This document shows positions 24,428 through 36,534 of a stretch of 64,000 nucleotides of DNA, piece after piece. The DNA comes from Octopus bimaculoides. Lineage: Eukaryota. Made by a program: the position numbers and the translations under genes. How positions within the stretch are numbered: the first letter of the stretch is position 1; every line of letters begins with the position of its first letter. The stretch is from assembly GCF_001194135.2 (NCBI RefSeq), contig NC_068981.1:94016462-94080461 (forward strand), written 5' to 3'. A model generated the notes under the pieces. The model was given only the letters and a program-made list of their open reading frames with translations, was not told the origin of the DNA and made no database searches.

Positions 24428-25041
24428 TTTCTCTTCTCATACAAAAACAACGTTGTGAAAATAATTAAGATATCATTAAGCAACATATTTCATTTCCTTC
24501 ACCAATGGGTAGCTTGAATGTTGAACAATTTATTGATTTTTTTACAAACATCTGATTTAGTTTTCTGACCATTGGGTGATAGATTTAAATTGTAATTCTC
24601 CATTTTGCAAACTGGAGAAACAGTAACAAGAGTGTAAACCCTTCATTAATTAGGAAATGAATAACTTAAAACTGCTTGTAAAGTAAACAAAATTGTTATT
24701 TACAGTGAGAGAGAGAAAGAGAGAGAGAGGGGGGGAGTGAAGTGTGGAGCAGATCCTAGTGTTATTTAAAGATTGTTAAAGAGATAGAAAGGCTAGAAAG
24801 GCAAAGCACTAAATTCTATTTAAGAAATGTCACTTCTGAACTTTGCTAAGCTAAAACAGCTATGAAAATAGAGTGGCAGATTTGGAGAAATAATATCTTG
24901 TAGAGAGGAGAGCTTTGAAAATAGGTAAAAGAAACGGGTTTGGGGATATAAATATTCTGTTGAAGTAAAACAGTTATAAAATTTGGTGAGTGAGAGTGAT
25001 GAAGCATGAAATGGGAATCAATGACTTATATTGTATTTTAA

Positions 25042-25267
25042 CCTTTTAGCAATTAGATCACCCTGTTAAGTGTAATGATTATTTACTTATTCACACTGTT
25101 TTCAATTAACCATGCATTATTATCTCATAGCTTCAAGATTTCAATGATGTGATTGTTAATTTTTAGAATGACATTGTAGAGTAGGTCTAAGAGGTTGATC
25201 TGGCCTCTTGCAGTATGAAACAGGTAGAATTTTTGGGCTGGATCTGGTCGGTTTAAATGCTAAAAGG
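25042..25267. mobile_element. piggyBac-like MITE family A (TTAA TSD)
   Basis: TTAA|CCTTTTAGCA...TGCTAAAAGG|TTAA, 226 bp. Confidence 0.85.
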
Positions 25268-25293
25268 TTAAAAAGAGTGTTTTGTAATATTAA

Positions 25294-25492
25294 CTCTTTT
25301 GATACAAATTTGTTTTAGACTACCTCTGATTCTTTGATAGGATTTAAATTTAAACCTTCCATCAAAATTTCGTGTCAATTTATGTTTCATACATCAGCTT
25401 AATAATGACAAAAGTACTTTACTAAATTCTTTATTTTCAAAATCAACTGAAACAAGGCAGTGCATTTCAACAGAAGTATAGTAACAAAAGGG
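25294..25492. mobile_element. piggyBac-like MITE family B (TTAA TSD)
   Basis: TTAA|CTCTTTTGATAC...GTAACAAAAGGG|TTAA; internally related to 50877-51097 in the opposite orientation. Confidence 0.75.
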
Positions 25493-26059
25493 TTAATATA
25501 GCAACTGATTTCCTATCAAAAATAAGGGAAAACGAAAAACAAAAAAAAAGTTCAAATCAGTTGATGAAAAATTTATCCCTGCTTTATCACTGATTTATTT
25601 GTTGTATGCAAAACAAATTACATTTTTCTTTTAAGATGTTTTATATGTTAGCAGAAGACATGTATATTAGTAAACTATATACATGAGTTTCACTACTTGG
25701 TGTACTTTAAAGGCAATCATTTGGCTATTTTTTTGTAGTTAAGTAAGATGTAGTTGTAAAGTTGAAATTTGGTTGTGATTGAACTTGTATCTCTTTTTGT
25801 ATTATTATTACAGATAATGTATCTATTTATATATTCATGTATATATGTATTTATGTATATTTTTATTAGATTTTTTTGTTTTTGCTTTACAAATTTTCAT
25901 GTATAAGTAACAAATAATGTTTGTTTATATGCAAATTATAGATATATGACTGGAAGTTTCAGGTATCATGCTTTTTTAACAGAGGCAAAAACATAATTAG
26001 ATATTAATGTCTGCTGGAATTTATAAGCATTTAGTAGTATCTGACTGTAATTACAAAAT

Positions 26060-26760
26060 TATAATACATTGAACATTGTTAAAAACCAACTTTGCTTACT
26101 GAGTTTGGAGGAAAGAAGAGTACACATGTGTAAACCCTCTGAGATTTGTGAGTTTGATGCTGATAATGTTCCATTTAAACTGTTGTAGGTCAGCACTTGC
26201 AAGAAAGACATGAGCAGGGAAAAGATTCTGGATGACTGATGTCCTGGGGGAAGAAATACTGAGCTAGTGGATACTGCAGGGGACAAGGGGCTGGGGTGGT
26301 GATGGAGTGAGACAAGAGTGATGAAAGGTAGAAAGGCAAGTGAGTTGGGGGTATCTAAGTAATGAACATATGAGAGCAACATTCTCTGAGAACCAGAGGC
26401 CATTACAGTGGTGATAGATGAGACACAGTGAAGAGACAGCACACTTGTGGGTCAGAGGCTGTAATGTTCCATTAATAATTTAATGCCAATCAGTTAAGAG
26501 GCCCTTCTTGAGATGTGGTCCAGGATGCCTCTATGCATAGCAGAAACACTGTCTCAGATAATAGAGCAGTATTCCATTGTGATCCTTAATTGAACCTCAT
26601 AAAGTGTTAGTGGTTGTTAAGGACTAACATATTTTCTGACCCTGAGGAGAACCAGCATTCAAAATGCGACTCTAGCTATGCTGAGGATAAGGTTTCATCA
26701 GAAGAGATCTTGAGTGAACCCAGCACTTTTGTGAGGGCTCTAGCCAAGTGCCACTCATAT
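26060..26760 (-). mobile_element. CR1/Jockey-superfamily LINE RT C-terminal fragment
   Basis: LTLYEVQLRITMEYCSII*D...ILDHISRRAS*LIG resembles the LYKAQIRP.MEYC..W...LDRIQKRA motif. Confidence 0.65.
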
Positions 26761-27181
26761 TTAGAGGGGTAGGGCAGTGTTTTTTTCTTCTTAATATGAA
26801 TAGTGTTTGAGTTTTTTAATTATTTTTCTTGTGCTAAAATAGACAAGACTGTCACAACTTCAATGAAGAATTCATTCAAGGTTTCCATTCATGGAATCAA
26901 AGTAGGTTGGTATGTGACGTCTCAATGTATGTAGATGGTGGATGGTGCATGGTTGGAGAATGAAGGTCCATGCCATTTGCATATGCTTGGACACTGTTGG
27001 ATGTGATGGCAAGTAGGTTATTAATGTATGTCATCTGCATAAAATTATCTGAATAGTTTTCTAAAAAACACTCACTTTATTCAGCCAATCTATCTATTTA
27101 ATTTATGTATGTATGTATGTATGTATGTATGTATCTATCTATCTATGTGTATGTGTATACACACACACACATAGATATGTG

Positions 27182-27264
<83 letters not shown>

Positions 27265-27732
27265 GTCGGTGTATTCATATTGAAGTCACACATAGTCTCA
27301 TGTAACCTCGTATATTCTCATGCAAAATGGAGGCAATTACTAGCACTTTTCAGTGGATTACTTTGATAATTGAGGCAATTCTTTTCAAATGAAACCATTG
27401 GCATTGTTAATCTTATATTATAAAAGGGAAGCAGAGCCCTGTCTGTCTGTCCATCACGTCATCTATTAGAGCGAGAGAAAAAAGGGGAGGAATCAAAACA
27501 TACATAACAATGTACTTTTAGAAGAAGGGGAGGAGAAAAGTTGTTGTGAGAAAAATACAGTGACAAAGAGAGAGAGAGAGAGAGAGAGCGCATGTGTGTG
27601 TGTCTGATAGATAGATAGATAGATAGGTAGTGTTGTTACCTTAGTAACTAACAAGTTATATTAAAAATGCAGGAATTTTAAGTGCAAGCCTTTCAGTACG
27701 ATACAGCACAGACTTCAAAAGAAGGTTATATG

Positions 27733-27763
<31 letters not shown>

Positions 27764-27919
27764 GCATGTATGTATATGAATTTCTTTTTTTTGGTTGTTT
27801 GTGTGTTTCTGTGTCTTTCAACATAGACAATACAACACACTTAAAAAAAAGACTTTCACTTTGAACAATTTATGAAAGCATGTGCATAATTAACAAATAT
27901 TTTTACTGACAGCACATGT

Positions 27920-27957
<38 letters not shown>

Positions 27958-29758
27958 TATATATATATATACATACATATATATATATAGTCTTATTTTT
28001 ATATATAGAAGACAACAATGAGCAGTGTAGCTCATTGAGCCAATGCCACTTTATTGTTATGTGAATGTGTCTTTCCTAGAAACCTGTTTCTGGTATAAGA
28101 AACATTGAAATATCTCAAAATATTTGGTGAAGAAGGCTTCAGTTTGTTTGATTTTACCTTCTCCTTGAAGCAACATGAGGATTTCATTTTGATTCATCAG
28201 ATATCTGTAAATTTTGCAGAGTGAGCAAACATCGACGAAGAATATCTTTTTTTTTTTAAAATCCCTGGATTATTAGAATGTATAACAGAATGGAGCCTGT
28301 CTGAAATTCGATCAAGTTAGCATGCATTGCTAATCCTTTGACAATCTCGTTCCTACTCTGAAAGTTTTCCTATTAATTCTGTTGTACATATTCAGTTTTG
28401 TTACATTTCATCCTGTTTGTTTGCACTGCTGTTATTGTCTACATCTCACTACCATCTACTTGAGATATTTGCCTACATAACCTGTCCATTTGGTGACAGT
28501 TATCCATTAGCAACTCAGTTTTCACAGACTGAAAGCTGGCTCAGCATATTGTTTTGAATGAATTATTCTCTTCTTGAGATTCCCCAGCCAGTCTGAAGTG
28601 TGTTGCAAAAGCAGAAGCTTATTTTCCACCCCTACATGTGTATTCTGACACGTATTTCAGTCATTTTGCCTTGGTTTTCTCTGATTGTGCTCTCCCTTTT
28701 GCTGTTGTGTCTTTTGCTGTTAGACATTCTTTTTTTTATTTACATTTTTTTGAATGGCCCATGTTGTATTGAAAAATTCTAAAGTAGAAACAAATAGAAC
28801 AATGCGTATATTGTATTATTGTATTGTAATCAATAATTGAAATGAAATCAATATATTTTACTTAATATTTTTACTTCTGTGCCTTGACAAAGGCACAGAA
28901 AATAACCAAACACTTTCATTATTCAGAGGACTATGGTTTACATATTTGTGCATAATGAAACAAAACTTCAAATGTAAAATTTCTATGTAATTTTGATATA
29001 ATAAATAGATATGTTGCAAAAATTTTCACAAACATTCTGTCCCTAAAAAAAAAACAACTTTGTAATCACTTATTTATAATGAGAACAATTGAATAGAGGC
29101 AGTAAGGAGTGAATGAGAGAGAGAGAGAGCATTGCAAGGGAAGAAAGTGAAAGTAACAGAATGTGCACAGTAAGATGAAAAATGTTAAATGAAATAACAG
29201 ACTAAGGGATGCAAATGAAATGAGAGAGAACACAGACAAATGGGGAGTATGATGTTGCAAACAAAAAATGATGCAGATAAGAGAGAGGAAGGAAAATTAT
29301 GAGGCTAGAGAAAGAAAAATGACTAATTGGAATGAAGGTAGTAAACAAAGAAGAAATGGAAAGAGAGATAGTAGGAAAAAAATTATCTTGCAGTGTATGG
29401 TGTGAAAAAAGCCCACAGAAAGCTGACTATCTGCTGGTGAATTAAAATAACTTTTTTGATAGAATAATGTAGTTGAAGTCTTCAATAATAAAAAAATCCC
29501 CAAAACCACATTTTGATTAAAATTTATTGAAAGTGGAATTTTTAAGAATGTTCTAGACAGCATAGATTTTAATTTTCTTTTAGTAACTAAATTAATAAGC
29601 AGTTTTCTTTATTATGATATGCATGTATATATAGATATATACACATACATTTATATATGTGTATACATATACATGTATATATGTATACATACACACACAT
29701 ATATATACATGTATATATATATATATGTATACATGTATATATATATGATATATGTATG

Positions 29759-29820
<62 letters not shown>

Positions 29821-29827
29821 GCATATA

Positions 29828-30262
29828 TCTGTATATATAAAAGGCAGGATGTGTGTGTGTGTGTGTGTACATGAATGTAATTTATGCACTCCACAGATTA
29901 GCATGCATGTTGCTCCAATTTTAGGAGGAGATTCGCCATGACCCTAGCTGTATTTTCGTCAACTTATTTTTCCCAGAGGCACCAGCAAATAGCTGTAAAA
30001 TTAAATTTTCAACCAAAACTTTTAACAATTTTCAAGTCGGAGAAATCACAATTGTTTACAAACAGGAGTTAAGTCCCTTTCTAGTGACGAGTAAGGTTTT
30101 GTTAAGACTTATGTTGTTTTTTTTCCATCGAGGAAAAATGTGTTTTGTTGATATACAGGCAACGCACACACACACATACGAACATGTTTGCATACAAAAA
30201 ATATGTATGCAATTGGTGTATGTACGTACATGTGTGTATCTGTGTGTGTGTGTGTGTTGCCC

Positions 30263-30294
<32 letters not shown>

Positions 30295-30602
30295 TTAAGA
30301 CTTAGTTGTGATCTGAACATAACCACTTCTGACACAGAATCGGGAGCCCTTTTGGGCATTCTATTTTCCTCGCTGGAAGGGTTCCCAACCCATGGGCAAA
30401 GAGACGTTAGATGATGGGGTGGTGTTTTCAAAGGGCTGGCATGTGTATCCTGATCACCTCTGCCGATCAACCTCCCAAGCCATACGCTCCCATCGCGACA
30501 CTGATTCTGACGTTGATGTTACTTAGTTTGGTTTGAAATAAAGAACTTGATTAGCTTAATAATCCTAACTTAATCTCGGGCAAAACCGGTCTATACTGCT
30601 AG
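29828..30602 (+). mobile_element. Non-autonomous Helitron (775 bp)
   Basis: 5' end A|TCTGTATATATAAAAGGCAGGA(TG)n and 3' end CGGGCAAAACCGG-TCTATACTG-CTAG|T; inserted between A and T with no TSD. Confidence 0.8.
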
Positions 30603-30686
30603 TATATAGATATATACACATACATTTATATATGTCTATACATATACATGTATATATGTATACACACACATATATATATATACATG

Positions 30687-30719
<33 letters not shown>

Positions 30720-30734
30720 ATGTTTGTATACATC

Positions 30735-30776
<42 letters not shown>

Positions 30777-30810
30777 NNNNNNNNNNNNNNNNNNNNNNNN
30801 NNNNNNNNNN

Positions 30811-30933
30811 TCCAGCTGTAGAAACACTGCCAAATCAGATTGGAGCCTGGTGTAGCCATCTGGTTTCACCAGTCCTCAGTCAAATCGTCCAACTCATGCT
30901 AGCATGAAAAGCGGACGTTAAACGACGACGACA
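30811..30933 (+). mobile_element. RTE 3'-UTR fragment (gap-truncated)
   Basis: ...CATGCTAGCATGAAAAGCGGACGTTAAACGACGACGAC. Confidence 0.85.
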
Positions 30934-30952
30934 ACACATGTAGGAATAGAAT

Positions 30953-31273
30953 CACTCCGTCGGTTACGATGACAAGGGTCCCAGCTGACACAATCAACAA
31001 AATAGCCTACTCATGAAATTAATGTGCAAGTGACTGAGCAATCCACAGACACGTGTACCCCTAACGTAGTTCTCAAGGAGACTCAGCATGACACATAGCA
31101 TGACAAAGCCGGTCCTTTGAAATACAGGTACTACTCATTTTTGCCAGCTGAATGGACTGGAGCAACATGAAATAAAGTGTCTTGCACAAGGACACAACGC
31201 GTCGCCAGGAATTGAACTTACGACCTTACGATCGTGAACCGAATGCCCTAACCACTAAGCCATGTGCCTTCAC
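30953..31273 (-). mobile_element. tRNA-derived SINE family B
   Basis: tRNA-like head (GGCTTAGTGGTTAGGGCATTCGG...GTTCAATTCC). The 3' ~150 nt is shared with family A but the body differs. Confidence 0.8.
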
Positions 31274-31306
31274 ATATTTACATGTATATATATGTATACA
31301 TATATA

Positions 31307-32527
31307 CAGGGTGCATAAGGTATTTGAGGACATACAATTTTTTGGTCATTGTTGCATACTTTGCTAACTCTGTATAATCTTTGTTTCAGAAAATAATAAT
31401 GGCAGACTCTCAGCTTACTCAAGAAATGAAGAGGCATGCTGTTATTGTGGTTATAAAGGCTGAGCATAGCAATTTAGAAATATCTTGATTTTTAAAAGTT
31501 GCCAGATCTTTCATCTACAAAGTTTGTAAGGAGTTAGAGACTGAAGATGGAAATGTTATCACCAGTATCAAAGCATGAAAAGCATTCTAAATGCTCTGAA
31601 ATCATCAGAACACTTGAATGTATCCGGCAAGTTCAACAGACCATTGATTACAATCCCAGAAGGTCCATAGGGTCAATTGCAAAAGATTTCCATGTGTCAG
31701 AAGGAACAGTCAGAAATGTTGTCCACAATGACATTAGATATAAATCTTATATGATAAGGAAAGTTCAGTTTGTCAGAAAAAGCAAAAGAAAATCATTATA
31801 TCAGATTTAAAACGTTCTTAATCAAACTGAAAAATCCAACAGAAGAAGATTTGGTTTTTTTTCAAATGAGAAAAACTTCAACCAAGATCAAAAAGTTAAC
31901 AGAAGAAATGACGGATGGTTATGCGCAGACCCTTCTGAAGTTCCTGCATTTGTCATGGTTTTAGGGGTTGTCAGTATTGAAGAACATGTGATTCCTCTTT
32001 ACTTCTTTCCACAAGGCCTTAAAGTTAACTCTGACACCTACATTGAGGTCCTGGAAATAATTGTTAAGCCCTGGCTAGACAGCATATGGAATGGAAGGCT
32101 ATATGTGTTTCAGTAAAACTCTGCACTATCACACATGGCTCTAGTAACACAGGAATGGATGGCTGAAAATTTCCATGATCACGTAACCCTAACATTTGGC
32201 CTCATAATTTCCCAGATCTCAATCCATTGGACTATTACATGTGGAGCGTTGTTGAGAGAGAGTGGTCAGTGAACATGGCCATAACACCAAAGATTCTTTG
32301 AAAGCTGCCATAGTCAGAATAATGTCCAAAATGAACCAGGACCACTTTATTCAAGCATGTAGATGATTCTGATTTCATATAGAAGCAGTTGTTGAAGCTG
32401 AAGGTAGCTTTATTGAATAACATTATAGAAAAGGTTTATTTTTATCCTCATAGCACTTTCTGATAAATAAAATTAGTATCTGTTTTTTATAAACTTAAAT
32501 TTATCCTCAAATATCTTTTGCACCCTG
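31307..32527 (+). mobile_element. Tc1/mariner-superfamily DD37D (maT-like) transposon, full-length pseudogene
   Basis: TA|CAGGGTGCATAAGGTATTTGAGGA ... TCCTCAAATATCTTTTGCACCCTG|TA TIRs. Transposase remnants VMVLGVVS, YVFQ*NSA and DLNPLDYYMW with stops and frameshifts. Confidence 0.9.
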
Positions 32528-32594
32528 TATATATGCATACACGTACATATATATATATGTATGTACATATATATATATATATATATATATACTA

Positions 32595-32700
32595 TGGCAC
32601 TCCGGCACTCCATCAGTTATGACAACAAGAGTTCCAGTGAATCCAATCAACGGAACAGCCTGCTCGTGAAATTCACGTGCAAGTGGCTGAGCACTCCACA
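32595..32700 (-). mobile_element. SINE family A/B 3' tail fragment
   Basis: Reverse complement of TGTGGAGTGCTCAGCCACTTGCACGT...GGAGTGCC. Confidence 0.8.
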
Positions 32701-32748
32701 CTTTATTGAATAACATTATCTAGCTGCAGGAGAAACACCTAGCCAAAG

Positions 32749-33175
32749 ATAAACCTAGGTATAGGACAAGTTATTACACCTGGAAAAGCATAGGACAAGT
32801 TATTACTTCTAGTAAAGTAAAGAATAAGAAACTTTTTACTTAAAATATTGCAGCAAAGAATGCCAGTTCTTCTAATTTATCACTCTTTGTAGTTCTCATC
32901 TTTTAAATTTATTGTACAAAACTGTTCAGCTAATTTGTAAGTTTGTCTAAATAATCACTTTTTTCTGTATTTAAGGTAGTAAATTAACTAAATTCTACTT
33001 AAATAAGTATAATGTTATTTGTAAACTATAATAAAAAAAATTTTAATATTCAAATTTTAATTTTAGCCGCAATATTTTCAGTAAAAAGTTTCTTATTCTT
33101 TGCTTTACTTGAAGTAATAGCTTGTCCTATACTTTTCCAGGTGTAATAACTTGTCCTATACTTTTCCAGGTTTAT
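32749..33175. mobile_element. MITE-like element with ~110-bp TIRs containing tandem ~29-bp subrepeats
   Basis: TATAGGACAAGTTATTACACCTGGAAAAG repeats on the left are mirrored as CTTTTCCAGGTGTAATAACTTGTCCTATA on the right. Confidence 0.75.
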
Positions 33176-34516
33176 AATCTTAAGAATACTACTTTTCATG
33201 CTCACATTTTTCCATGTTATCCATGATTTTTCCAGGCATTGCTGTTATAAGATAATTAATAATGTGTCAATTGATAATTTAAGATTTTACCTTATAAAAT
33301 ACTAAAATATAATATTTCAAACTTTCCATGTAAGTGATAATATTATTTCAATTTTTTTCTTGTTTAATTTAAATATATGTTGTGATTGAATTATTTGATA
33401 TTACCCATCCACACCAAATTAATGGCAGGGAATTTTACCATCTTGTTGGTTGCACCATGGTTCACCAAGAGTTACAAACAAGACCCCAAAACCTATATTT
33501 TGAGTTGGTGCTTTTACCACCAACTGCTGCTAATCTAGATGTTTCAATAATTATACAATACAACAGCAATTATAAAAGCATATCAGATATACACAAGTTA
33601 AAATTACCTACATCTCACTAATATAAATTTGGTTTATGAAAAATCCCTTTAATTAATTTTGAAATTTTAAAAGTAAATTTAGAATATAAGCACTTTTAAC
33701 CAATGCCTTTTCTGGACAGCCTTGCTACATGCCTTCAGGTCTTCCCTCAGAGACACAGCCAAAAATGACTACATTCCTGCTCCAATAAATTTAGATGCAC
33801 ATATCTGAAGCATATAACACATTAATGAACTAGCCTGATTAAATAATTAACTAGAAAGAAAAGGAAAAAAACTTAAAAGGAAAAGCAAAAAAGCAGAAAG
33901 CAAGTTAATTAAAGCTGAAAGAGGAAATTAATAATAAAAGTTAAACTTACCCTATTTCGATAGTATATTAAAAATAACTTTATTAAATACTTAAAAAAAT
34001 AAAATATACGAAAGGTAAAGTCGACCTCAGTAGAATTTGAACTCAGAATGAAAAGACAGATGAAATACCGTTAAGCAATGGACACACTTGTATGGGATTT
34101 GAATCCGGGGACAAGCAAGACATATTTAGGGGGAAATAGGAAAAATAGAAACAGGAGACAAACGTTCAAGATGTTATTAAATCATTTGTATCTTCATATC
34201 TCCTACATGTTTCAATGGATGCATCCAAAATACATCCGACAAGATGAATAATGGTCAACTATGCATCAATTTCTTTAGGGAGGATATAAAGAACAGTACT
34301 CATCAAATAGACTTTTTAACAGATCTGTGAAACCCCAGAAAATGTGACGTATATACATGTATATGCAAACACGCACACATACACACATGTTCTTACTTAA
34401 ACATATATATTTTTTACTAATATTATATATATATATATATATACATATAAATACACACACATATTGATATATACATATATATGCACATACATGCATACAC
34501 AAACCCATATTTATAT

Positions 34517-34859
34517 GTGGAGGCGCAATGGCCCAGTGGTTAGGGCAGCGGACTCGCGGTCATAGGATCGCGCTTTCGATTCCCAGACTGGGCGTTGTGA
34601 GTGTTTATTGAGTGAAAACACCTAAAACTCCACGAGGCTCCGGCAGGGGATGGTGGCGAACCCTGCTGTACTCTTTCACCACAACTTTCTCTCACTCTTA
34701 CTTTCTGTTGTGCCTGTAATTCAAAGGGTCAGCCTTGTCACACTGTGTCATGCTGAATCTCCCCGAGAACTACGTTAAGGGTACACGTGTCTGTGGAGTG
34801 CTCAGCCACTTGCACGTTAATTTCACAAGCAGGCTGTTCCGTTGATCGGATCAACTGGA
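34517..34859 (+). mobile_element. tRNA-derived SINE family A (Arg-like head)
   Basis: GGCGCAATGGCCCAGTGGTTAGGGCAGCGGACTCG...TTCGATTCC; colinear with 52081-52433; truncated by a gap. Confidence 0.88.
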
Positions 34860-34930
34860 NNNNNNNNNNNNNNNNNNNNNNNNNNNNNNNNNNNNNNNNN
34901 NNNNNNNNNNNNNNNNNNNNNNNNNNNNAT

Positions 34931-35232
34931 ATATCATCATCATCATCATCATCGTTTAACGTCTGCTTTCCATGCTAGCATGGGTTGGACGATTTGACTG
35001 AGGACTGGTGAAACCGGATGGCAACACCAGGCTCCAGTCTGATTTGGCAGAGTTTCTACAGCTGGATGCCCTTCCTAACGCCAACCACTCAGAGAGTGTA
35101 GTGGGTGCTTTTACGTGTCACCCGCACGAAAACGGCCACGCTCGATATGGTGTCTTTTATGTGCCACCCGCACAAGCCAGTCCAGGGGCACTGGCAACGA
35201 TCTCGCTCGAAAATCCTACAGGAGCCAGTCAG
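34931..35232 (-). mobile_element. RTE 3'-UTR fragment
   Basis: (CAT)n GTTTAACGTC... near-identical to 53779-53970. Confidence 0.88.
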
Positions 35233-35263
<31 letters not shown>

Positions 35264-35332
35264 GATGTGTTTTTGATGCATCCATCAAAACGTGTAGGCG
35301 ATATGAAGATATAAATGATTTATATTTCTTTC

Positions 35333-35370
<38 letters not shown>

Positions 35371-35417
35371 ATACACACACACGTGCGAGTGTGTATACAT
35401 ATATATATGTATACATA

Positions 35418-35485
<68 letters not shown>

Positions 35486-36034
35486 AACTATATGTGTGTG
35501 TGTGTGTATGGCACCTTAGGCAAACCTTGTTAGTGGTTTTATTTGATGGACACTGAAAGAAGCCCATTTTGTCTGTGTGTTTTTGTGTGTTTGAATGAAT
35601 GATGCTCTAGTCAATTTTTCCACTTCAAGAGTTATTACTATTTTTCAAGATAATTCTTAAAAAAAAAAAATCAAAATAATTCCATAAAATCTGCTGATGC
35701 AGACACTTGAATATATCACAAAAAAGAATCAATGTCACATTTAACTTAAGATCAGGATTTTGATAAAATATTGACTTATGCTTTGTTTATGTAGACCAAA
35801 TATCTTAGTTCAGGACTTAGTTTTAAAGAATTTTATGAAAGTTAACTTTATTTTTTGAATATATTTTGCCAAATATTTTATTAAAAGTATTACTTTATGG
35901 TGCACAAATTTTGTTAGTTGGTTTAAGAAATACAAGTGCATATTCATTGATGGGAAGCTTAATGCATCTAAAAACAGTTAAAATGTAGAGAAAAACAAAA
36001 TTACTTTTTATTATTTAACTGTAATATTTTTCAG

Positions 36035-36125
36035 ACTTTATTCTTCAATGATGAAATATTATGGCAAGCTTTTCCTAGTACCAAATTCATAGAAAATGAA
36101 GTAACTAAAAAACCAGAGTCAACAG
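36035..36125 (+). CDS. CFAP157: Putative CFAP157 exon 10 (TLFFNDEILWQAFPSTKFIENEVTKKPEST)
   Basis: Acceptor ATTTTTCAG, donor CAG|GTAGTT. Open only in phase 0, matching the AGA|GTAAGA donor at 24412/3. No recognised homology. Confidence 0.55.
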
Positions 36126-36482
36126 GTAGTTCCTTCAGCTTAAGACCTAGAGATTTTTTAAAATCCAGAAAATTGATTTAGTCCAGGAGAGTGGGCTTTT
36201 TTCTGTTACTGAAGTACAAGAATATATTAGTCGTGTAGAAATTTTTTTTTTATATCAGATTTTAGGTTTTATCACTTTAGTTATTTGCTCATAATATAAT
36301 TTCAGTTATGGAATAAAGTAAATTTTGAATTTTGAACTTACTGTTGTTGAGTGTTTAAAATAAATGCTACTCATTACAATAAGCGTTTGAAATTGTTTTA
36401 GAAACCTTTTTAATAAATACCTGGATTTCTAACCTTAATCCATGCTTTTTTGAGGGAGTACAACGATGGGCTAAAAAGTCTT

Positions 36483-36532
<50 letters not shown>

Positions 36533-36534
<2 letters not shown>

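Noticed and set aside
27411-27480. Helitron-like 5' start (A|TCTTATATTATAAAAGGG...CTGTCTGTCTGTC)
   Set aside because: No matching hairpin-CTAG 3' end was found, so it is not supportable as an element.
29587-29941. Many [12 protein letters not shown] ORFs (also 113-313, 2754-3389, 4663-5015, 27105-27305, 35008-35567)
   Set aside because: They are translations of dinucleotide and tetranucleotide microsatellites.
32760-32810. Short direct repeats resembling a CRISPR array
   Set aside because: There are only two units, no unique spacers and a eukaryotic context; they are subrepeats of a TIR.
33382-33621. 79-aa ORF as an exon or small gene
   Set aside because: It starts at GTG, has no recognisable homology and no compatible splice pair.
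34517-34590. tRNA-Arg-like gene (also 52081, 44830-44906, 31200-31273, 14493)
   Set aside because: These are SINE heads: they are followed by the SINE body and tail, have TSDs, and lack a complete cloverleaf.
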